From Candidatus Multivoradales bacterium (GTDB lineage Bacteria; Acidobacteriota; Thermoanaerobaculia; Multivoradales; J023): a stretch of 64,000 nucleotides of DNA. Shown here in pieces: positions 56,716 through 64,000 of the stretch (the first letter of the stretch is position 1; every line of letters starts with the position of its first letter). The DNA lies in the NCBI GenBank assembly GCA_965248925.1, contig CBDFLE010000006.1, positions 3,456,001 to 3,520,000 of the forward strand, in the 5' to 3' direction. The notes below the pieces were generated by a model. It did no database searches. It was not told the DNA's origin and saw only the letters and a list, made by a program, of their open reading frames with translations. Position numbers and translations under genes: made by a program.

Positions 56716-57087
56716 TCAGGGGGCAGCGGTGGCTGATTCCTGGGTGACGAGGTCAACGAACTTCTTCTTGGTCAGCAGGCCATCGATGATCTTGATGACG
56801 GCAGCCTTTTCCTCGGGGTCGAGGCGTTCGAGCAGCTCCATGCGCTGGGCGAGAGGCTGATCTTCGAGCCGGACGGGTCGAAACTCTCCCTCTTCTTCAT
56901 TCAGCAGGAAGTCGGTCGTCACCTCGAACTCTGAGGCGAGCTTGCGCAGCAGGTCAATGGACGGCTGGTAGCGGCCGTTCTCAAGCCGGCTGATGTGGCC
57001 AGTGCTAACCCCGAGGCGCTTGCCGAGTTCGCCCTGGGCCCACCTGTGCTCAGCGCGGAGCTTTCGGATCTTCTCTTGAAGGGTCAT
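56716..57087 (-). CDS. XRE-family repressor (type B, unit 3)
   Basis: Identical protein to 48959-49330. Confidence 0.9.
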   Translation of the reverse strand: MTLQEKIRKLRAEHRWAQGELGKRLGVSTGHISRLENGRYQPSIDLLRKLASEFEVTTDFLLNEEEGEFRPVRLEDQPLAQRMELLERLDPEEKAAVIKIIDGLLTKKKFVDLVTQESATAAP

Positions 57088-57295
57088 TGATCGTCGATTT
57101 CCTGGCCTCTTGGGCCGAATTTCCACTAATTCTAAGCGCATACGGTGATTTGCGCAAGTAATTCGGGCGAGAACGTACGCTCTGCTTGACGATGATAGGC
57201 GCATGCGTTATTATTTGTGCATGAGAGCAGCAAGGTGCCGTGGTCGCAACCGTTAACTGCTCCAAGCGTGATGCGAAAACTGGAGGGAAATCTCA

Positions 57296-57592
57296 ATGAC
57301 CGAGCACAAGCTAACAATCTCCGCCCTGTACCGCCCCGGCTGGCACGTCTTGCCCAGATCGGCACGGCTGCCATTGCTGCAGATTGCAGGTCCGTGGCTC
57401 CAGGACGCTGGCTTCTACCCTGGTGCGCGAGTGCGGGTCGACGTGGTGGGCGAAGGGCGCCTGGTGGTGACGCGGGTGGAAGAAGGCGAGGAAGAGAGGG
57501 AAATGCAGCCGGTGGTGTGGGTGCCAGCGGATCAGATCGGCCGGATTGATGAGGTCTCGGCAAGTCGCCTGGCAGGAGCAGCCTGTGTCTGA
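57296..57592 (+). CDS. SymE-like protein 1 (unit 3)
   Basis: Identical to the unit 2 copy. Confidence 0.75.
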   Translation: MTEHKLTISALYRPGWHVLPRSARLPLLQIAGPWLQDAGFYPGARVRVDVVGEGRLVVTRVEEGEEEREMQPVVWVPADQIGRIDEVSASRLAGAACV

Positions 57593-57809
57593 GTCGAGAG
57601 CTGAGCGGCATCTGACGATCTCTACCCTGCACGAGCCCCGCGCACCGCACTACATCAACGGTCCGTGCTCGGTGCGGCTTGTGCCGTTTGTGCGGATGCG
57701 GGGGGCTTGGCTGGAAGCAGCGGGGTTTCGCTGTGGGGAGCGGCTGCGGGTGGAGGTCGAGCAGGATCGTTTGGTGCTTACTCCGGTGGGATCGGAGGCG
57801 GCACGGTGA
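57585..57809 (+). CDS. SymE-like protein 2 (unit 3)
   Basis: Identical to the other copies. Confidence 0.8.
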   Translation: MSESRAERHLTISTLHEPRAPHYINGPCSVRLVPFVRMRGAWLEAAGFRCGERLRVEVEQDRLVLTPVGSEAAR

Positions 57810-60800
57810 GCAGGATTCCGGAAGCGGAAGTGGAGCGACTAAAGCGAGAAGTATCGGTGGAACGCCTGGTCCTGGCCCGCGGTGTAGAGCTGAAACGGCA
57901 CGGGGCGGACCTGCTGGGGCTGTGTCCGTTTCACGACGACCACGAGCCGTCGCTGGTGATCTCGCCAAAGAAGAACCTGTGGCACTGCCTGGGCGCCTGC
58001 CAGGCGGGTGGCTCGGTGATCGATTGGGTGATGCGAGATCGCGGGGTGTCGTTTCGCCACGCGGTCGAGCTGCTGCGCTCGGATCTGCCGGCGGCGGCGG
58101 TCACTGAGGCGCGGCCTTCGGCGCCGGCTCTGCCTTCGCCGGTGGTGGCGGACGTCGAGGACGCGGAGCTACTCGGCCAGGTCGTCGGCTACTACCACGA
58201 GGCTTTGAAGGACAGCCCGGAAGCGCTGACGTACCTGGAGAGTCGGGGCTTGAAGCACCCGGAGATGATCGAGCATTTCCGGCTTGGCTTCGCCAACCGG
58301 ACGCTGGGCTATCGTCTGCCATCGAAGCAGCTGAAGGCGGGCAAGGAGATCCGGGGTCGATTGCAGAAGCTCGGGGTGCTGCGCAAGTCGGGTCATGAGC
58401 ACTTCAATGGCTCGATCGTCTTTCCGGTCTTCGCGGGTGGCCAGGTGGTGGAGATCTACGGGCGCAAGATCACACTGAATCTTCGCAAGGGGACGCCCTT
58501 GCATCTCTATCTGCCGGGTCCGCATCGAGGGATCTTCAATGCGGAAGCTCTGGTGGCCTCGACCGAGATCATCCTCTGCGAGTCGCTGATCGACGCCCTG
58601 ACCTTCTGGTGTGCGGGCTACCGCAACGTCACCAGCGCCTACGGCATCCAGGGTTTCACCGAGGAGATGCTGGCAGCCTTCGGTGGCCATGGAGTCGAGC
58701 GGGTGCTGATTGCCTACGACCGGGACGATGCCGGCGAGAAGGCCGCCGGGAAGCTGGCCGAGAAGCTGGTGGGTGCCGGGATCGACTGCTACAGAATCCA
58801 CTTTCCGCGCGGCATGGACGCCAACGAGTACGCGCTGAAGGTGACCCCGGCGGCGAAGTCGCTGGGGGTGGTGATCCGCACAGCACAGTGGCTCGGGAAA
58901 GGCAAGGTGCCCGAGGTGAAACCGGGGTTCGAACCCATAGTGGGCGCATTGGCACCACAGGTAGAGCAACCGACACCGCCGAATACACCCGGAGAGGGTG
59001 TATTGGCGCCACCCGCGCCGGCCAAAGCCTCGCCGCTGCCGGCTCCACCACCGCCGGATGTGCCGGCTGAGGTGCGTGAGCAGGAGGTAGTGCTGTCGCT
59101 CGGCGATCGCCGCTACCGGGTCCGAGGTCTGCCGAAGAATCTGGCCTACGACGTGCTCAAGGTCAACGTCCTGGCGTCGCGGGGCGACGCCTTCCACGTC
59201 GACACTTTCGATCTCTACGCGGCGCGGCCGCGGGCGGTGTTTCAGCGGGCGGCAGCCGCTGAGCTGGGGGTCGAGGAGCAGGTGGTCAAGAAGGATCTGG
59301 GCAAGGTGCTGCTGAAGCTCGAGGAGCTGCAGGACGAGCAGATCCGCTCGGCACTCGAGCCGCAGTCGACGGCGGTGGAGCTGTCAGAGGGAGAGAAGGA
59401 AGCGGCGCTTGAGCTGCTGCGCTCACCAGATCTCTTGGCGCGAATCCTGGAGGACTTCGAGCGCTGCGGGGTGGTGGGTGAGGAGGTCAACAAACTCATG
59501 GGCTATATGGCGGCCACCTCGCGTTTCCTAGAACGGCCCCTAGCGGTGGTGGTGCAATCCAGCTCGGCGGCCGGCAAGTCGGCGCTGATGGAGGCGGTGC
59601 TGGCACTGATGCCAGGTGAGCAGCAAGTGAAGTACTCGGCGATGACCGGGCAATCGCTGTTCTACATGGGCGAGACGAACCTACAGCACAAGATCTTGGC
59701 GATCGTCGAAGAGGAAGGCGCCGAGCGAGCGAGCTACGCCTTGAAACTGCTTCAGTCAGAAGGAGAGCTGACCATCGCGTCGACCGGCAAGGATGCTTCA
59801 ACGGGCAAGCTGGTGACGCACGAGTACCACGTCGAAGGGCCGGTGATGATCTTCTTGACGACCACGGCGATCGACATCGATGAAGAACTGCTGAATCGGT
59901 GTCTGGTGCTGTCGGTAGACGAGGCGCGGGAGCAGACTCGGGCGATTCACCGGCTGCAGCGAGAGCGGCGAACGCTCCAGGGGCTGTTGTCGCGCACCCG
60001 ACGCGACGGGGTGATGGCATTGCACCAGAACGCGCAGCGGCTGCTGCGGCCGCTGGCGGTGGTCAATCCCTTCGCTCCCGAGCTGACCTTTCTCGATACG
60101 CAGATCAGAACCCGTCGAGACCACGAGAAGTACCTGACCCTGATCGACGTGATTGCTCTTTTGCATCAATACCAGCGAGAGGTGAAGCTGGCGGTGGTCG
60201 ACGGGCGAGAGGTGGAGTACGTCGAAGTGGTGGCCACAGACATCGAGACAGCCAACCGCCTGGCGCACGAAGTCTTGGGGCGCTCGCTCGATGAGCTGCC
60301 GCCGCAGACGCGGCGCCTGCTGGGGCTGATCGACGAGATGGTCAGCGAAGCCTGTGAGGCGCTGGCGATGGATCGGCCGGACTACCGTTTCAGCCGGCGG
60401 GCGGTGCGCGAGCACACCGGCTGGGGCAATACGCAGCTGAAGCTGCACCTACGCCGTCTTGAGGAGTTTGAGTATCTGCTGGTGCATCAGGGCGGGCGGG
60501 GGCAGAGCTTTGTCTACGAGCTGGTTTACGTGGCCAGCGACGAGCCGGAGCGGCCGCGACTGCCGGGGCTGATCGAGGTCGAAACACTCAGGTACGACGA
60601 AAAGAAGTCGGGGTCTGAAGCTGAGAAGTCGGGGCCAAGTCGGCCCCAAGTCGGGGGGGTGTCGGGGGGTGGTCGGGGTGCAGTTTCCCAAGCAGAATCA
60701 ACGACTTCGGCCGGAAATCGTGGGGTTTCGGCAAAAAACGCATATAAGGGGGTGCGAGAAAACGGCCCGTCATGTCGTAAATCTGGGCGTCGTACCGGCG

Positions 60801-60826
60801 GCTCGGCGGCGGTCGAGGGGGCCTGA
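57806..60826 (+). CDS. CHC2/TOPRIM primase-ATPase (unit 3)
   Basis: Same domains; shorter, diverged Pro-rich linker. Confidence 0.9.
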   Translation: MSRIPEAEVERLKREVSVERLVLARGVELKRHGADLLGLCPFHDDHEPSLVISPKKNLWHCLGACQAGGSVIDWVMRDRGVSFRHAVELLRSDLPAAAVTEARPSAPALPSPVVADVEDAELLGQVVGYYHEALKDSPEALTYLESRGLKHPEMIEHFRLGFANRTLGYRLPSKQLKAGKEIRGRLQKLGVLRKSGHEHFNGSIVFPVFAGGQVVEIYGRKITLNLRKGTPLHLYLPGPHRGIFNAEALVASTEIILCESLIDALTFWCAGYRNVTSAYGIQGFTEEMLAAFGGHGVERVLIAYDRDDAGEKAAGKLAEKLVGAGIDCYRIHFPRGMDANEYALKVTPAAKSLGVVIRTAQWLGKGKVPEVKPGFEPIVGALAPQVEQPTPPNTPGEGVLAPPAPAKASPLPAPPPPDVPAEVREQEVVLSLGDRRYRVRGLPKNLAYDVLKVNVLASRGDAFHVDTFDLYAARPRAVFQRAAAAELGVEEQVVKKDLGKVLLKLEELQDEQIRSALEPQSTAVELSEGEKEAALELLRSPDLLARILEDFERCGVVGEEVNKLMGYMAATSRFLERPLAVVVQSSSAAGKSALMEAVLALMPGEQQVKYSAMTGQSLFYMGETNLQHKILAIVEEEGAERASYALKLLQSEGELTIASTGKDASTGKLVTHEYHVEGPVMIFLTTTAIDIDEELLNRCLVLSVDEAREQTRAIHRLQRERRTLQGLLSRTRRDGVMALHQNAQRLLRPLAVVNPFAPELTFLDTQIRTRRDHEKYLTLIDVIALLHQYQREVKLAVVDGREVEYVEVVATDIETANRLAHEVLGRSLDELPPQTRRLLGLIDEMVSEACEALAMDRPDYRFSRRAVREHTGWGNTQLKLHLRRLEEFEYLLVHQGGRGQSFVYELVYVASDEPERPRLPGLIEVETLRYDEKKSGSEAEKSGPSRPQVGGVSGGGRGAVSQAESTTSAGNRGVSAKNAYKGVRENGPSCRKSGRRTGGSAAVEGA

Positions 60827-61902
60827 TGCCGCGCCGTGGCGAGCGCAAGATCCGCCTCTTGCCGGGCAATCCAACCGACCCTCGGGGCTTCGCGGTGATG
60901 GCGGGTCAGTACCTGGAGTGGATGGCGATCAAGAACTACTCTCCACGAACCGTTGAGAACCGGCATCTATACCTCTCGTTTCTCATCGCATGGTGTGAAG
61001 AGCGTGGGGTGTCGCGGCCGTCGGAAGTGACCAAGCCGATCCTGGAGCGCTACGCCAGGTGGCTCTACCACTACCGCAAGCCTGGGGACGGGCGGCCGCT
61101 GTCTTTCCGGGCGCAGCACTCGCGGCTGGTGCCGGTGCGGGCTTTCTTCAAGTGGGCGACTCGGGCCAACCACCTGCTCTACAACCCGGCCTCGGAGCTG
61201 GAGCTGCCGAAGCTGGAGCACCGGTTGCCGGCGGCGGTGCTGACCGCCTCGGAAGCCGACCAGGTGCTCAACCAGCCCGACACCGCCGACCCACTCGGGA
61301 TGCGCGACCGGACGATCCTTGAAGTCTTCTACTCGACCGGCATGCGCCGGGCTGAGCTGATCGGCCTCGGCCGTTACGATCTCGACATCGAACGCGGAAC
61401 GGTGATGGTGCGCCAGGGCAAGGGGCGGAAAGACTGGATGATCCCGATCGGCGAGCGGGCGCTGGCCTGGATCGATCGCTACGTCACTGAGGTACGGCCG
61501 TCGCTGATGGTCGAGCCGGACGGCGGGACGCTCTTTCTCACCAACCAGGGGACGCCGTTTGCTCCGTCGCGAATGAGTCAGCTGGTGCGCGGCTACGTGC
61601 TCGCCGCCGATCTCGGCAAGTCGGGCGCTTGCCATCTCTTCCGCCACACGATGGCGACGCTGATGCTCGAAGGTGGTGCGGATATCCGCTTCATTCAGCA
61701 GATGCTCGGCCATGCCAAGCTGGAGACGACGCAGATTTACACTCAGGTATCGATCCGCAAACTGAAGTCGATCCACTCGGCAACCCATCCGGGCGCGAAG
61801 CTAGGGCGGCGGGTGGCACCGCCAGCGGAAGAAGCGAAAGACGGCGGCGAAGTGGCGGCCGAAGATCTGCTCGACACTATGGAGGCCGAAGCGGAGGACT
61901 GA
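60826..61902 (+). CDS. Tyrosine integrase (unit 3)
   Basis: Catalytic residues intact; diverged acidic tail. Confidence 0.93.
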   Translation: MPRRGERKIRLLPGNPTDPRGFAVMAGQYLEWMAIKNYSPRTVENRHLYLSFLIAWCEERGVSRPSEVTKPILERYARWLYHYRKPGDGRPLSFRAQHSRLVPVRAFFKWATRANHLLYNPASELELPKLEHRLPAAVLTASEADQVLNQPDTADPLGMRDRTILEVFYSTGMRRAELIGLGRYDLDIERGTVMVRQGKGRKDWMIPIGERALAWIDRYVTEVRPSLMVEPDGGTLFLTNQGTPFAPSRMSQLVRGYVLAADLGKSGACHLFRHTMATLMLEGGADIRFIQQMLGHAKLETTQIYTQVSIRKLKSIHSATHPGAKLGRRVAPPAEEAKDGGEVAAEDLLDTMEAEAED

Positions 61903-62576
61903 CCCCCTCCCCCCACCCGAAGCGGTCCGGGTCTGCGCGTCCCGCGTTGCGGCCGGCTGCGCCGTCCTCCGTTCGCGGGCCACGCAGCCCTCGGCAGTAT
62001 TTTTTCGTCACCCCAGCCCGCCCCGGCCCGAGCATCTGCGATCCACCACCTGAGCCCTCCGATCACCGGCCCGGCGCGGGGCTTCAAGTAGTCCAAGAGA
62101 AGACTCTTCGAAAGCTCACCCCAAGCTCCGCGAGCCTGCGAAGGTCAGCGGCTTCGGAAGCACGCCCCGCTCTTGGCCTCCTTGCCGAGATCCACCGACT
62201 TGCACTGCGACGGCTCGGCCCGGCCCCGTCCGCCCCCTCAAGGGGGCTCCCCATCCTCCTCCCAAGACCCGCCCTGCGTCGTGGCCTCCGTACCCTGCGC
62301 GCGGCGCCCTGCGGTCGCCGTGCTCGGCTCCGGCCCCGCCGCCACCACGCCCCCAACGTGCAGATTGGTTTGGCGGCTGCCCTCTGTGCCGCCGGCACCA
62401 AACTGCCGGAAAGACCCGCGCTCGCTCCGACGACCAGCCCAACGAAAACGACCTAAGAAAACACCCACTGCCCGAAGAAAGCGGCCTAAGAAAACCGCAT
62501 CCCGCCTCCGCACCAACCACCCTTCCTCCTTTAGCCGCTGTCTTCGAGCGCCACCCGCGGCGTAGAATGGCCCGGC

Positions 62577-63638
62577 ATGAGGCAGGCAGCTAAAGGAAGA
62601 AGCACTTGGACGATGGCGCTCGGGCTGGTCGTCGCGCTCCTGGCGGTGACGATGCCGGCAACAGCGATCGCGCCGATCTCCGAGTCGAGCTACGCCGAAA
62701 CTCGCCTCTGGACCTTCGAGCACCAAGACCCCGCCGGCAGTAGGGCCGAGCGAGGCTTAAGTAGAACAGGCATAGAGGGTTACCAGCTCTCAAGCTGGAA
62801 ACCGCGTCGGGCTGTCCCCTTCACCCGAGGCGGACAGCAGGTGGCGTTGCACGGCTACTTCCCGTTTGGTCAGGAGGCGACCAGCGCCGCACAAGATGAG
62901 GTTGTGCTGAAGTTCACCGGGCACGAGCGAGACAAGACCGGGACCGGGGTGAGGAGCGAGCTGGACTACATGCATGCGCGGCATTGCAGTCCGGTGGTGG
63001 GGCGGTTCTTGAGTGTGGATCCATCTCTGGGTAGCCGGTCCTCACCACAGAGTTGGAATCGCTTCTCTTACGTCAGCAACAGTCCAATCAACCAGGTAGA
63101 CCCGGACGGAAGGCTTGGGTTTCTGGTAACTGCATTTCTTGGCGGAGTCGTAGATGTTGGGATTCAAATTGCGAGCAACGCGCTTTCAGGGGAAGAGCTC
63201 ACAACAGGCGTAGCCGGGGCTTTCGTCACCGGAGCAGTGGCTGGTGCCACAGGTCTTGGGCTATTGAAGGTGGCTGGTAGGGGAGCGAAGCTCGTAGGAG
63301 CCGTTAGAAATGCAAAGAAACTGAAGAAGTCAACTGCTGCTGCTGGCGCACCAAGAGCGGGCGCAAGGGGAACAAGGGTTGTTGATGACGCCATTTCAGG
63401 CTTGCGTGCTGGGCGAAGTCCCGGTGTCAGAGTGGTTGAGTCGGCTGATGACTTGGAGGGCTTGTTTGGCCGCCTCAGTCGCGGCGGCACATCAGTCGAA
63501 GGCACAAAGTTCCCAGGCCAGCTTGTGAAGCTGCCCGATGGTACGACGGTCGGATTGCGCGCCGGCTCGAAGTCCGGGGGGCCAACCATCGACATCAAGC
63601 TGCCTGATGGAACCTTGCGCAAGGTCCATGTCCAATAA
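62577..63638 (+). CDS. Leader fused to Rhs core and toxin tip 3 (candidate displaced original rhs 3' end)
   Basis: Core diverges right after TCACCCGAGG (HGYFPFGQEATSAAQDEVVLKF); tip LPDGTTVGLRAGSKSGGPTIDIK...KVHVQ (predicted nuclease-type). Confidence 0.85.
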   Translation: MRQAAKGRSTWTMALGLVVALLAVTMPATAIAPISESSYAETRLWTFEHQDPAGSRAERGLSRTGIEGYQLSSWKPRRAVPFTRGGQQVALHGYFPFGQEATSAAQDEVVLKFTGHERDKTGTGVRSELDYMHARHCSPVVGRFLSVDPSLGSRSSPQSWNRFSYVSNSPINQVDPDGRLGFLVTAFLGGVVDVGIQIASNALSGEELTTGVAGAFVTGAVAGATGLGLLKVAGRGAKLVGAVRNAKKLKKSTAAAGAPRAGARGTRVVDDAISGLRAGRSPGVRVVESADDLEGLFGRLSRGGTSVEGTKFPGQLVKLPDGTTVGLRAGSKSGGPTIDIKLPDGTLRKVHVQ

Positions 63639-64000
63639 TGAGCTTTCGAAACTGCGTCGATGATGTCTTGAAACGTGGCTTGGATGACTGGATCCAAGCC
63701 GCTGAGATCGCTTCGATAGCCCGGACCGCCGGCAAAGCAACGAGCGAAGACGGAGTCCGTGACCTCTCACTCCGGATTTTTCGGGAGCTACTCGGGCGAA
63801 ACTTGATGGATGTCGGGATGGTTACGGAGACAGGATTCACGGCTTGGGAGATTCCTGTCGATCAGGCCCTTCAGCGGATCGAAAGTGATTGGCGAGCCTT
63901 GCCCAAGGGGCCGGATCTCGGCGAGATTTGCTGGCTCAACCTCACCGAGGAAGGGTCCGTGCAGGCGGACGAGCTTTGGTCGAAGAGCAGGTCCTCTTGA
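63638..64000 (+). CDS. Putative immunity protein for tip 3
   Basis: TAATG coupling to the toxin; GLDDWI...FTAWEIPVDQALQRIESDW...ICWLNLTEEG. Confidence 0.8.
   Translation: MSFRNCVDDVLKRGLDDWIQAAEIASIARTAGKATSEDGVRDLSLRIFRELLGRNLMDVGMVTETGFTAWEIPVDQALQRIESDWRALPKGPDLGEICWLNLTEEGSVQADELWSKSRSS

Larger units (their letters stand above)
55208..62820 (+). mobile_element. Rhs-integrating element, unit 3 (7613 bp)
   Basis: Bounded by TCACCCGAGG at 55208 and 62821. Confidence 0.85.

Noticed and set aside
39909-62820. Triple repeat as an assembly artefact
   Set aside because: Units differ in tips, immunity genes, repressors, indels and synonymous patches while frames stay intact; long reads would still be the final check.

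Overview
GC-rich bacterial window; the gene content suggests Acidobacteriota (inference only). Left part (1-19 kb) is accessory: an intact IS21-family element (594-3495, 7-bp target duplication GTGAGAG), a frameshifted AraC-TPR regulator, several secreted or Cys-rich proteins, and a beta-propeller/FG-GAP receptor-like Ser/Thr kinase coupled to a GAF-sigma54 activator. Decayed copies of an RND gene 3' end punctuate this region. Middle (19-35.5 kb): a TetR(PsrA-like)-OMF-MFP-RND efflux operon, a DUF433/DUF5615 toxin-antitoxin pair and an MFP plus two-RND operon. Right part (35.6-64 kb) holds the main finding: a signal-peptide-bearing Rhs/YD toxin gene with three tandem ~7.6-kb integrative elements inserted inside its core at a 10-bp sequence, TCACCCGAGG (39909, 47451, 55208, 62821). 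Each unit carries an Rhs-core/toxin tip plus immunity, an XRE repressor, two SymE-like genes, a primase-helicase, a tyrosine integrase, and a terminal signal-peptide leader that fuses in frame to the next toxin tip. The architecture reads as a mobile, site-specific Rhs warhead-swapping system. No rRNA, tRNA or CRISPR array was seen.
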